Assembly (NCBI GenBank): GCA_051531975.1
Contig: JAOPTT010000012.1
Location: 64,001-128,000, forward strand
Source: Spirochaetaceae bacterium
GTDB lineage: Bacteria; Spirochaetota; Spirochaetia; DSM-2461
Reading direction: 5' to 3'
Length of the DNA: 64,000 bases
Shown: positions 10,933-20,331 of the stretch, piece after piece
Layout of the letters: each line of letters starts with the position of its first letter
How positions within the stretch are numbered: position 1 is the first letter of the stretch
Notes under the pieces: model-generated
The model's database searches: none
What the model was told of the DNA's origin: nothing
Seen by the model: the letters and a program-made list of their open reading frames with translations, nothing else
Program-made: the position numbers and the translations under genes

Positions 10933-13736
10933 AAACCCTCTGTAATAAAATCTACATGACTAATCTTTACAACTGATTCTTTTGGTATAAGTAATATAGC
11001 AGATTCACCAATCCTAGAATCTATGATCTCATTATCACATTCAATTCCATTTATTATTAGACGAATATTATTTGATTGTTTTATAAACTCAACTATATAT
11101 GTTTTACCCTTTGATAAGTTTAATTCATTTCTATTTTGATTGTGATGAATCTTATTTTCATCATTTAAAATACCAAAATCACTGTGTTTATCATTTATAT
11201 TTACAATAAAGTTAATATCCCGTTGGTTTCCTTTTTTATTTGAAAATAATAACTCTAAACCTTTGTCAAAATCTTCTATAGTAAACACCATTCTAAAGTC
11301 ATTATTAGTTGGAAAATCAGTTTTAGAGAGCATTAAAATATTTTTATCTGTTTTATTGATTAGCGATATTTTATTATCCTTTTTTTTATGCTCTAAATCT
11401 TTTAAATAGCCATAAGTAAAGTATGCTCCTTTTTGGCTAATATACTTGTTTTTGAGTTCTGTAGTAATATTTCTCTCTTTTAACTTAGAGATAAAATCTT
11501 TCTTTTTATCAGTATCGATAACACCTAATATTTCTAAAGTCTCTTCCATACTTTTAATTGTTGCACCACTGTCGAAAGCTTCTATAAACTCATCATAGGC
11601 TTCTAATCTTCCTAACATATCTATAATAGATGAATCCTTAGGACCTAATAGATTTATATCTGCATCATTTTCTAAAAGTATCTGGGTTGCCCATCTAAAA
11701 TGTGGTTTAGAATAAGCTAGATATAGAATATTCCAACCATTATCATTTTTATAGTTTAGGTTTTCTGCTCTTTGGACCACACGACGAAATTCATCTTTTT
11801 GATCTCTATACATTAGGGACCTAAGAATTGTATAAGAACTTTTTTGTGCAATTTTTTGATCTGGAGTATTATCTAGAAAATAATTTATATCATCTATTGA
11901 ACCATAATTTCTTAAAAACCATAAGCCAGATCTAAGACTGTCAGTTTGCACATATTTATCGTTCGTAACATCTAGTAAATATCTAAATAGAGGAGCAAAG
12001 TTATCTACTTCTGAAAATAGACTTTTTTTATCTTCTTTTAATTTATTATATATATCAAAATGTTGAGTATCTAAATAGTCTAATAGTGCAGTATAAGTGT
12101 TTTTTTTAGGAATAGAAGTATCTGCTCCCATCTTATATAATAATTTATACCTTTCTAAATGGTCATCTTGCTCCGAAGATCGAACTAAAATAAAAGCAGT
12201 TGAACCATTATCTTTTTGAATATTTATATCCGGATCTTTAAATAAAAGGTATTCAAGTAGAGCTAGGGAACTATATCTTGTTGCCATATGTATATAGGAC
12301 CAATCTTTATATGCAAAACCATTGATATCTTTTATGTGATCAAGAAGTTTTTTTCCAATTAGTTCATAGTTGTTCCTTAAACTTAATCCTAATACAGAAT
12401 AATCACTAACATAACCTATTTCTGGATCAGCTCCATTTTCAAGAAGTAAACTAACAGCCCTTATATCATTATTATTAACTGCTATACATAATGGAGTTTT
12501 ATCTTCTAAGTTTAAAATATTTGGATCCGCATTATTTTTTAGTAATACAGATATTGCACTATATTTTTTATTTCTAACCGCTTGATGTAACGGTGTATCA
12601 TTATTAGTATGTTCTCTTAAGTCAGGGTCAAATCCTAAATTTAAAAGGGATTCTAAGATTCTAATATTTTTATCCGTGGCTTCATGTATTGTTGAATTCC
12701 CATTATGATTAATATAATTATAGAATTCATAACCCTGACTTATTAAATTTTTGACTTCCTTGTAATCGTCATCTTTTACTGCTAAATAAAGATTATAGTC
12801 CTGTTTATAAACACTAATAAGGTCATATGTCTTTCTATTAGTATTAAAGATTAATTTTATTTTAGCATCTGCTTCTAACTTAGGGTTTAATAAAGGTACA
12901 TTGTATATATGATCATTATCAAGTTTTATTTCTTCCTGGATATTTATTGATTCATATAATTTTTGTAGATCTGTAATATCTGAATATTTCCATTTTGTGT
13001 GGTTTATTAATTTTAGGGCCATTAATGAATTTTTATATATACTAGGATTTATTCGATCGTTTCCTCTAAACAAGAAAGCAACCCCAGCCACATAACTTTT
13101 TGCAAAATCGTACCAACTTCCAGAAAATGACATTAGTTCTAAACATATTTGGTCATAAATGGAATTAGACTCAGATTCAGTTAAAAAACCTGCAGTAACT
13201 CCAGCTCTAGTTAATAAGGATATAAAAGTCAGATCGTATATTCTAGCATCTTCAAGGTTTATGAATTTACCATTAACAATTAAATATCTAAATGTTTTAA
13301 ACATACTATCTTTAATTGTCCCAGAAGATAATTCATGGGCCCAATTTTCTTCTTTTAATAATTCATCGGAACTATTTAGAAGTTCTGGTCTTAATAAAAA
13401 TGAAGTCATTGCATCGTTTATAGATCCTCTTAAACCATTATAGTAGTACCAGTCAATTATCTCTTTTAACTCTTTTTTACTGGCAATATGCATTTCATTA
13501 TCTAAATAACTAATAGAGTAATCTTTGTTTGTATCAATATCTTCTGTTAATAAGCTAGTTGGTAAATCTGAAATAGATCTACCAAGTAATCTAAATGTCG
13601 AAAGATCGGTACTATTTTCAGACTTTAATTCAATTTTATCACTGTTAAATAGAGACTTACTTATCTGGGTACTTGAATCTGGTGTTATACACGAAGCAAA
13701 TAGTAGTATTATTAATATATAAATAAATTTTTTCAT
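10929..13736 (-). CDS. Lipoprotein with DUF1266-like domain, ankyrin repeats and a C-terminal beta-sandwich-like domain
   Basis: Lipobox LFASC. YDLTFISLLTRAGVTAGFLTESES...GSWYDFAKSYVAG. Ankyrin repeats DTPLHQAV and KTPLCIAV...LLENGADP. ATGA overlap with the downstream paralogue. Confidence 0.75.
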   Translation of the reverse strand: MKKFIYILIILLFASCITPDSSTQISKSLFNSDKIELKSENSTDLSTFRLLGRSISDLPTSLLTEDIDTNKDYSISYLDNEMHIASKKELKEIIDWYYYNGLRGSINDAMTSFLLRPELLNSSDELLKEENWAHELSSGTIKDSMFKTFRYLIVNGKFINLEDARIYDLTFISLLTRAGVTAGFLTESESNSIYDQICLELMSFSGSWYDFAKSYVAGVAFLFRGNDRINPSIYKNSLMALKLINHTKWKYSDITDLQKLYESINIQEEIKLDNDHIYNVPLLNPKLEADAKIKLIFNTNRKTYDLISVYKQDYNLYLAVKDDDYKEVKNLISQGYEFYNYINHNGNSTIHEATDKNIRILESLLNLGFDPDLREHTNNDTPLHQAVRNKKYSAISVLLKNNADPNILNLEDKTPLCIAVNNNDIRAVSLLLENGADPEIGYVSDYSVLGLSLRNNYELIGKKLLDHIKDINGFAYKDWSYIHMATRYSSLALLEYLLFKDPDINIQKDNGSTAFILVRSSEQDDHLERYKLLYKMGADTSIPKKNTYTALLDYLDTQHFDIYNKLKEDKKSLFSEVDNFAPLFRYLLDVTNDKYVQTDSLRSGLWFLRNYGSIDDINYFLDNTPDQKIAQKSSYTILRSLMYRDQKDEFRRVVQRAENLNYKNDNGWNILYLAYSKPHFRWATQILLENDADINLLGPKDSSIIDMLGRLEAYDEFIEAFDSGATIKSMEETLEILGVIDTDKKKDFISKLKERNITTELKNKYISQKGAYFTYGYLKDLEHKKKDNKISLINKTDKNILMLSKTDFPTNNDFRMVFTIEDFDKGLELLFSNKKGNQRDINFIVNINDKHSDFGILNDENKIHHNQNRNELNLSKGKTYIVEFIKQSNNIRLIINGIECDNEIIDSRIGESAILLIPKESVVKISHVDFITEGL

Positions 13737-13896
13737 GCTTTAAGAATAAATATTTAGCTTAATTTTGTCTACAAAAAGAAATTGAATACTAAATATAATA
13801 TATAAATGGATTTTTTTGTTCAAATTATTGACTTTTATCCTATCTTTTTACAACATAAATCAGAGTAAAAATCACAGAGAAAGGTAAGTATAGAAT

Positions 13897-15555
13897 ATGT
13901 GTTCAATAGTTGGAGTATTTGATACTAGAGAAGATGCTAGTTTATTAAGAGATCAGGCACTTGATATGTCAAGAAAGTTACGACATAGGGGTCCAGACTG
14001 GTCAGGTATATTTATAAACGAGAAAGCAATTCTAGTTCATGAGAGATTATCAATCGTAGGTGTTGAAAATGGTGCACAGCCACTTTATTCAACAGATAAA
14101 AAGCAGGTTTTAGCAGTAAATGGTGAAATCTATAATCATAGAGAGATACGAAATAATCAAGATTATACATTTGCAACTAATTCTGACTGTGAGGTAATTC
14201 TTCCATTATATAAAGAAAAGGGAGTGGATTTTTTAAACGATCTTAATGGTATATTTGCATTTGCACTTTATGATACCACAGATAATAGTTACCTTATTGC
14301 AAGAGACCCTATGGGAGTTATTCCTCTTTATTATGGTCGTGATGAGAATGGTGTATTTTATGTAGCATCTGAAATGAAAGCATTGGTTGGTTATTGTAAA
14401 CATATTAACGACTTCCCTCCAGGGCATTATTTACATAGTAAAGATGGAGAATTTGTTAAGTATTATAACAAAGACTGGTTTGATTATGAAAATGTTAAAG
14501 ACAATACTACTAGTGTTCCAGATATCAAAGAAGCTTTAGAAGCTGCTGTTCATAGACAACTAATGTGCGATGTTCCATATGGAGTTTTATTATCAGGTGG
14601 TTTAGATTCATCAATTACTTCTGCTGTTGCTAAAAGATATGCAGCAAAAAGAATTGAAAGTGATGATCAAAATGCTGCTTGGTGGCCACAGTTACATAGT
14701 TTTGCAGTTGGTTTGCATGACTCACCTGACTTAGTAGCTGCAAAAAAAGTTGCAGATCAGATTGGTACAATACATCATGAGATTAAGTTTACAGTTCAAG
14801 AAGGGTTTGATGCATTAAGAGATGTAATTTACCACCTTGAAACATTTGATGTAACAACAATTAGATCTAGTGTCCCAATGTTTTTAATGGCAAGGGTTAT
14901 TAAATCTATGGGTATAAAAATGGTATTAAGTGGTGAAGGTGCCGATGAGATTTTTGGTGGTTATCTTTATTTCCATAAAGCTCCAAATCCTGAAGAGTTA
15001 CATAAAGAAACTGTACGTAAACTTGAAAAATTATATAAATATGACTGTTTAAGAAGTAATAAATCTATGGCAGCATGGGGAATAGAGAGCCGTGTACCAT
15101 TTTTAGACCTTGAGTTTTTAGATATTGCAATGAGACAAAATCCTAAGGATAAAATGCCATCTAAAGATAGAATGGAAAAATATATCTTACGAGAAGCATT
15201 TGAAGATTATGTTCCTAAAGAAGTTGCTTGGCGGCAAAAAGAGCAGTTTTCTGATGGTGTTGGTTATTCATGGATTGATGGATTAAAAGATAAAGCTGAA
15301 GTTGAAATTTCTGATGATGACTTAAAAAATGCTAAATTTAAATATCCTATTAGCACTCCTAGAACAAAGGAAGAGTTAATGTATAGGAACATATTTGTTG
15401 AACTTTTTCCGGCAGATGATTCTGCAAAGTGTATTCCATTTGAAGAATCTATTGCTTGTAGTACTGCAATTGTTTTTGAATGGGATCAAGCTTTAAAAGA
15501 GATTGCAGACCCATCTGGAAGATCTGTTAAAAGCATCCATGATCAGAGTTATTAA
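13897..15555 (+). CDS. asnB: Asparagine synthetase B (glutamine-hydrolysing)
   Basis: N-terminal Cys2 (MCSI), HRGPD, HERLSIV, NGEIYNH, LLSGGLDSS, SGEGADE, RVPFLD. Confidence 0.97.
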   Translation: MCSIVGVFDTREDASLLRDQALDMSRKLRHRGPDWSGIFINEKAILVHERLSIVGVENGAQPLYSTDKKQVLAVNGEIYNHREIRNNQDYTFATNSDCEVILPLYKEKGVDFLNDLNGIFAFALYDTTDNSYLIARDPMGVIPLYYGRDENGVFYVASEMKALVGYCKHINDFPPGHYLHSKDGEFVKYYNKDWFDYENVKDNTTSVPDIKEALEAAVHRQLMCDVPYGVLLSGGLDSSITSAVAKRYAAKRIESDDQNAAWWPQLHSFAVGLHDSPDLVAAKKVADQIGTIHHEIKFTVQEGFDALRDVIYHLETFDVTTIRSSVPMFLMARVIKSMGIKMVLSGEGADEIFGGYLYFHKAPNPEELHKETVRKLEKLYKYDCLRSNKSMAAWGIESRVPFLDLEFLDIAMRQNPKDKMPSKDRMEKYILREAFEDYVPKEVAWRQKEQFSDGVGYSWIDGLKDKAEVEISDDDLKNAKFKYPISTPRTKEELMYRNIFVELFPADDSAKCIPFEESIACSTAIVFEWDQALKEIADPSGRSVKSIHDQSY

Positions 15556-15573
15556 ATACTAATATTATATATT

Positions 15574-15602
15574 AAAGCCCATGACTTAGTTCATGGGCTT
15601 TT
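15574..15602 (+). terminator. Rho-independent terminator after asnB
   Basis: AAAGCCCATGA-cttagt-TCATGGGCTTT(T) perfect stem. Confidence 0.85.
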
Positions 15603-15671
15603 ACTTTATAAGTCTAATTATAAACTTGACTACTGCTAAAATTGGGTTTAATTTGAATTTAAGGAGTTTTT

Positions 15672-15728
15672 TTGAAAAAAAGTATTAAATTATTTATTTG
15701 GACTACTTATATATCGCCTTTAAAATAA
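15672..15728 (+). CDS. Putative 18-aa leader peptide MKKSIKLFIWTTYISPLK upstream of the GNAT gene
   Basis: AAGGAG SD at 15661-15666, TTG at 15672, TAA at 15726-15728; embedded in alternative hairpins. Confidence 0.5.
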   Translation: MKKSIKLFIWTTYISPLK

Positions 15729-15811
15729 AGTGATTTAAGTAGTAACAACTAATATTTATCTCGTGGCGATATTCCTTAAGTTGTATAAATTATATACATA
15801 AGGATAGAACG

Positions 15812-17029
15812 TTGAAAAATAGAGAATATGAAATTATAAACAACTCAGAAAATATATCATTAACAGAAATAGGATTATTATTTGATGAGATATTTACAGA
15901 TGAAAATGTAGGTAATCTTGGAATAGTCGCTACTCAATTTATGCCAGGATTAGAACATAAAAACTGGTATTTAATTAAAAATAATAAACTTGTGTCTGGT
16001 CTTGCTAGGGTCAATTGGAATGTAACATTTGGAGATATTCTACTAAAAGTTTGGGAACAAGCTATTGTTGGTACATTAACAAGTGAAAGAGGGCAAGGAT
16101 TAATATCTAAACTTAATCAAAAATTAGATATTGATGCCCAAAAAGAAGACGTGGATTTAATTATAATCCAAGGTATCCCTGGATTCTATAATAAGTTTGG
16201 ATATCGATATTCTATAGAGTTTGAAACTCATATTAATTTAAGTTTAGATAAAATTATGGATGTTTTAAAACCTTATAAAGTTAGGTTAGCAACAATAGAG
16301 GATTTCCCTCTTTTTAAATTGAGAGAAGAGCAGGACAAAAACCGGCTTTTAATACAATCTCACCGGGATTTAAATGATTGGATGTACCAATTATCAAATT
16401 CTTCAGAAACAGAATATTCGTCTAAAGTTTATGTTTTTGATGAAAAATACTATGTTAAAATCCAGGACCAAGGTTTTGGGAATGGTTTAATAGTTTCAGA
16501 AATTTCACAAAATATCACAAGTGATAAACTAGACAACATACTTCTTTTTTTAAAAAATGACGCTTCTAAAAACAGTAAGCCATATATAAGATTTAATTTG
16601 CCAACTAATAGTCTTATAGCTAAAAGTATATTAAATAGGGGCGCAAAGATAGAAGGAAAATATGGATGGCAAGTTAAAATATTAAGTTATGAAAAGTTTC
16701 TAAATAAAGTCAAACCTGTATTAGAAAATAGATTAAGTAATAGTAATTTTAACTTATTTAAAGGAACTTTTTCTCTAGGTATAAATAACAAGAAACTAAT
16801 AATTGAAATAGAGGATTCTAAAGTTAATCAAATTTATTGGGGTGATTGTGAATGTAGTTTAGGTATTAACATACCATTGGATTTAGTAGAACCTCTATTT
16901 TTGGGATATAAAGATTGGAAAACACTAAACAATTGTAGACCTGATCTTTATGTTTTTTCTAAGGATGCCGGAGAACTACTTGGCATACTTTTCCCAGAAG
17001 AAAATAGTTGGTTATATAGTATTTGGTAG
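15812..17029 (+). CDS. Eis-like GNAT acetyltransferase with C-terminal SCP2-like domain
   Basis: VGTLTSERGQGL acetyl-CoA loop; GIPGFYNKFGY; ~400 aa with a C-terminal ...LFLGYK...LFP segment. Confidence 0.75.
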   Translation: MKNREYEIINNSENISLTEIGLLFDEIFTDENVGNLGIVATQFMPGLEHKNWYLIKNNKLVSGLARVNWNVTFGDILLKVWEQAIVGTLTSERGQGLISKLNQKLDIDAQKEDVDLIIIQGIPGFYNKFGYRYSIEFETHINLSLDKIMDVLKPYKVRLATIEDFPLFKLREEQDKNRLLIQSHRDLNDWMYQLSNSSETEYSSKVYVFDEKYYVKIQDQGFGNGLIVSEISQNITSDKLDNILLFLKNDASKNSKPYIRFNLPTNSLIAKSILNRGAKIEGKYGWQVKILSYEKFLNKVKPVLENRLSNSNFNLFKGTFSLGINNKKLIIEIEDSKVNQIYWGDCECSLGINIPLDLVEPLFLGYKDWKTLNNCRPDLYVFSKDAGELLGILFPEENSWLYSIW

Positions 17030-17092
17030 AAGTTAACTTTTTATAACACAATAACTCCTAAATTTACTATAATTTAATTTAGGAGTTAATAT

Positions 17093-17437
17093 ATGGATGA
17101 GACCATCTCATTAAAAAGTAATGTAGGTAAGAGATTAGAACAAATTCAAAGATCACAAAATTGTAATATAATATATAAGGGTAGAAAGGTTCCACTTGTA
17201 ACTAAAATTACAATTGGACGAAATAAAGCTAATGATATTGTTTTAGATCATATTTTAATTAGCCGATTCCATGCAGAGATCCAAAAAATTGACAACGAAT
17301 ATTTTATTAAAGATTTAGATAGTTCCAATAATACATATGTTAACAATGACAAAATAATAAGTCAAAAATATATTAAACTAAATCTAGATGATGTTATTCA
17401 TGTGGGTAAAACTCAATTTAAAATACATTTTTTATAG
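17093..17437 (+). CDS. Stand-alone FHA domain protein
   Basis: IGRNKANDI, ISRFHAEI, DLDSSNNTYVN: conserved G-R, S-x-x-H and N residues. Confidence 0.92.
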   Translation: MDETISLKSNVGKRLEQIQRSQNCNIIYKGRKVPLVTKITIGRNKANDIVLDHILISRFHAEIQKIDNEYFIKDLDSSNNTYVNNDKIISQKYIKLNLDDVIHVGKTQFKIHFL

Positions 17438-17452
17438 TGTAAGGAGTAATTT

Positions 17453-18457
17453 ATTATTAAAAATAGTTTTATACAAAATGTTGATAAAATAATAGACCGA
17501 ACTAAAATCTCAAATAAAATTGAACTTTCAAATAAAGTTGATGAAGTTATTAAAGTCCTGCTAAATGAAGCCTTAAGGCCTTTAGATAGCAGGGGTTTTT
17601 CAGGTGGTTTAATCGATTTAAATACTAATATACCTACAATTATAATACCAGATCTTCATGGTAGAGTTACTTTTATCAAAAATGTTTTAGAATTTAATAT
17701 AGGCAAATTTACTGTTCTGGAGTTATTAGGACGATCAGAAATACAGATTGTATGTGTTGGAGATGGTTTACACAGTGAAAAAAGAGGTAAAGATCGGTGG
17801 CTCTTAGCAGCAGAAGAGTATAAACAGAACTTTAGATTTCATAAATATATTGATGAAGAGATGTTAGAAGGCTTAAAATTAATGGAAATTATAATAGAAC
17901 TTAAAATTAACTTTCCTAATGTTTTTCACTTTTTAAAAGGAAACCATGAAAATATACTTAATGAAGAAGGTCAGGGTAACTATCCATTTGGAAAATTTAC
18001 ATCAGAAGGTGCGATTGCTAAATCTTGGTTTAGAAATTTTTATGATGAAGAGTTATTATATAAATATTCAAAATTTGAGAAACAACTACCACTTTTTGCC
18101 ATAGGTTTTAATTTTTTAATCTCCCATGCTGAACCTAAAAATAGTTATACAAGAGTAGAGTTAATTGATAGTTTAAATAACTCAGAGATAATATATAATT
18201 TGACATGGACTAGAGACCATGATGTTAATAGTGGAAGTGTAGAAGAAATGTTAAAAATATTTTCAGATGATGTTAAAAAGCAATTTTATTTTGCTGGTCA
18301 TAGCCCAATTAAAGGTTTATATAAACTAAAGGATAATGGATTAGTACAAATTCATAATCCAAATAAAATGGTAATAGTACTAACAAATATAGATAAAGAT
18401 ATAAACTTAGATAAGGATATCTTTGATCTTGAAAACAGTGGAGCCTTATATGGATAA
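17453..18457 (+). CDS. Calcineurin-like metallophosphoesterase (probable Ser/Thr phosphatase); likely ATT start, longer than the ORF-track call at 17861
   Basis: Frame is open from 17450. Motifs IPDLHGR (D at 17651) and VCVGDGLH lie upstream of the first ATG, followed by KGNHE, ISHA and AGH. SD AAGGAG at 17441-17446. Confidence 0.8.
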   Translation: MIKNSFIQNVDKIIDRTKISNKIELSNKVDEVIKVLLNEALRPLDSRGFSGGLIDLNTNIPTIIIPDLHGRVTFIKNVLEFNIGKFTVLELLGRSEIQIVCVGDGLHSEKRGKDRWLLAAEEYKQNFRFHKYIDEEMLEGLKLMEIIIELKINFPNVFHFLKGNHENILNEEGQGNYPFGKFTSEGAIAKSWFRNFYDEELLYKYSKFEKQLPLFAIGFNFLISHAEPKNSYTRVELIDSLNNSEIIYNLTWTRDHDVNSGSVEEMLKIFSDDVKKQFYFAGHSPIKGLYKLKDNGLVQIHNPNKMVIVLTNIDKDINLDKDIFDLENSGALYG

Positions 18458-20318
18458 TATTCCCTCTCAGATTGGTAAATATAAAATAGTTGAATTAATT
18501 GCTAAAGGTGGAATGGGCGCTGTTTATAAAGGTATACATCCAACTTTAGATCGATACGTTATTTTAAAAAAATTAACCCTAAAAGACAATGACGAATTTA
18601 TACAGAGATTTAATAGAGAAGCAAGAATAATGATGGATTTTAAAAATGACAACATTGTAGATGTCTATGATCATTTTAAAGAGAAAAAATCATATTATAT
18701 TGTTTTAGAATATGTTGATGGTATAGCCTTAGATGCTTTTATATTAAAAGAGGGTAGAGTAGAAAACGATTTGGCTTTATATATTATTTTAGAAATTTCA
18801 AAAGCACTGAAATACGCCCATAATAAAGGTGTTGTCCACAGAGATATTAAACCTGCAAATATTTTATTAGCTAAAGATGGAGGAATAAAACTTGTAGATT
18901 TTGGAATAGCTATATCAGATGAAGAATTTGAAGAGGATTTAACTACAATTGGGATGACCTTAGGTACTCCATCTTATATGGCTCCAGAACAGTTTGAAAA
19001 TAGTAAAAATGTTGATAAAAGAGCAGATATATACTCTCTAGGTGTAATGTTATTTGAGATGGTAACTGGTGAAAAACCGTATCCATCAGGATTAACTCCT
19101 AGCTGTATAGCCAAAATTCAGAAAGGTAAAAGAAAATCCGCTAAAAAGCTAAATAAAAGTATTAATTATTTAGTTATGTATTACATTAGAAATCTCATGC
19201 ATCATAATATAAAAAAAAGAACACAAGATTTAGAGATCGTCATTTCTAAATTAAAAAGATATTTTAATAACCAAAAAATGGATATTTACAAAACACGGTT
19301 ATCAGATACTGTATGTGGAAATGAAACAACAGAACTGCCAGTAGTAAAAAAAAGGAAATATATAATTCCAATAATATGCTCTGTTCTCTTCATTTTGCTT
19401 TTAGGTTTCTGGGGGTATAAAACATTAGAGTATGAGTTTTTTAAAGTGAACAGTTATGGTGCTGTGCAAATTAATTTAAGTGTTAATAAGAGTTATTATA
19501 AAGAAATTGATGAAATTTATATAAAGAGTAAACTTTTTATTGAAAATGGAACAAAATTGGATCTTTTACCAGATTCAAATTATCAATTTGATATAAAAGC
19601 TGAAAGTGATACTTTGGATTTCAACTATAAAACAAAAAAAATATATCTACCTGTCGGTTTTTATCGATACAAGGTTATGGTTGATGGAAACCTATTTTGG
19701 CTTAATTTTCAAATTTTATCACTAAAAAAACAGAGACTAAATCCTGAAACATTAAATGGTTTGATTTTAGACATGAAACATACTGAACCAGAGCAACTGC
19801 CATTTCATCCCGAGATCAGTGTTATAGATCAGATAACTAGAATCGATATAACTGAGGAAGCAACAGTGTATATTCAAAAAAATATGAAGTTTGAGAAGTT
19901 TAATAAAGATGATAAAAGTTTAAGGACTGGACAAACTCATTATTTCCAAATAAGTAAAAAAGGTTACTATTTAAAAGATTATATATTAAAAATTAGTCCT
20001 GATCAGACAGACTTAGAGCTAAGAGTAGAACTTTTTCCTAAACCTGGAGAAATAATCATTGAAACTAATCAACCTAGTATTAAACTTAAGATTGATAATA
20101 AAAAATATTATACTAAAGCTGATTTGACTCAAGAGTTAATATATCTTAGTAAAATAAAAGATGTTAGGCAAATTATGTTAACTGTTGGAACTCATAATTT
20201 ACTATTTTATTATAAAGGTAACGTTATTGAGTATGATGTTCTTATTGAGCCTGGTAAGACACAGTCCATAACTGTTAACTATAATTTAGAAAATAGGTCT
20301 ATGAGTATAATGGAATAG
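18450..20318 (+). CDS. Hanks-type transmembrane Ser/Thr protein kinase with extracytoplasmic beta-rich (PEGA-like) region
   Basis: AKGGMGAVY, VILKKL, HRDIKPANIL, DFG, GTPSYMAPE, DIYSLG; TM IIPIICSVLFILLLGFW. ATG at 18450 overlaps the phosphatase end. Confidence 0.92.
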   Translation: MDNIPSQIGKYKIVELIAKGGMGAVYKGIHPTLDRYVILKKLTLKDNDEFIQRFNREARIMMDFKNDNIVDVYDHFKEKKSYYIVLEYVDGIALDAFILKEGRVENDLALYIILEISKALKYAHNKGVVHRDIKPANILLAKDGGIKLVDFGIAISDEEFEEDLTTIGMTLGTPSYMAPEQFENSKNVDKRADIYSLGVMLFEMVTGEKPYPSGLTPSCIAKIQKGKRKSAKKLNKSINYLVMYYIRNLMHHNIKKRTQDLEIVISKLKRYFNNQKMDIYKTRLSDTVCGNETTELPVVKKRKYIIPIICSVLFILLLGFWGYKTLEYEFFKVNSYGAVQINLSVNKSYYKEIDEIYIKSKLFIENGTKLDLLPDSNYQFDIKAESDTLDFNYKTKKIYLPVGFYRYKVMVDGNLFWLNFQILSLKKQRLNPETLNGLILDMKHTEPEQLPFHPEISVIDQITRIDITEEATVYIQKNMKFEKFNKDDKSLRTGQTHYFQISKKGYYLKDYILKISPDQTDLELRVELFPKPGEIIIETNQPSIKLKIDNKKYYTKADLTQELIYLSKIKDVRQIMLTVGTHNLLFYYKGNVIEYDVLIEPGKTQSITVNYNLENRSMSIME

Positions 20319-20331
20319 AAAAGGAAGATGA

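Noticed and set aside
17435..17452. FHA-phosphatase fusion by stop read-through (same frame)
   Set aside because: Two in-frame stops (TAG 17435, TAA 17447) with an SD between them favour separate initiation.
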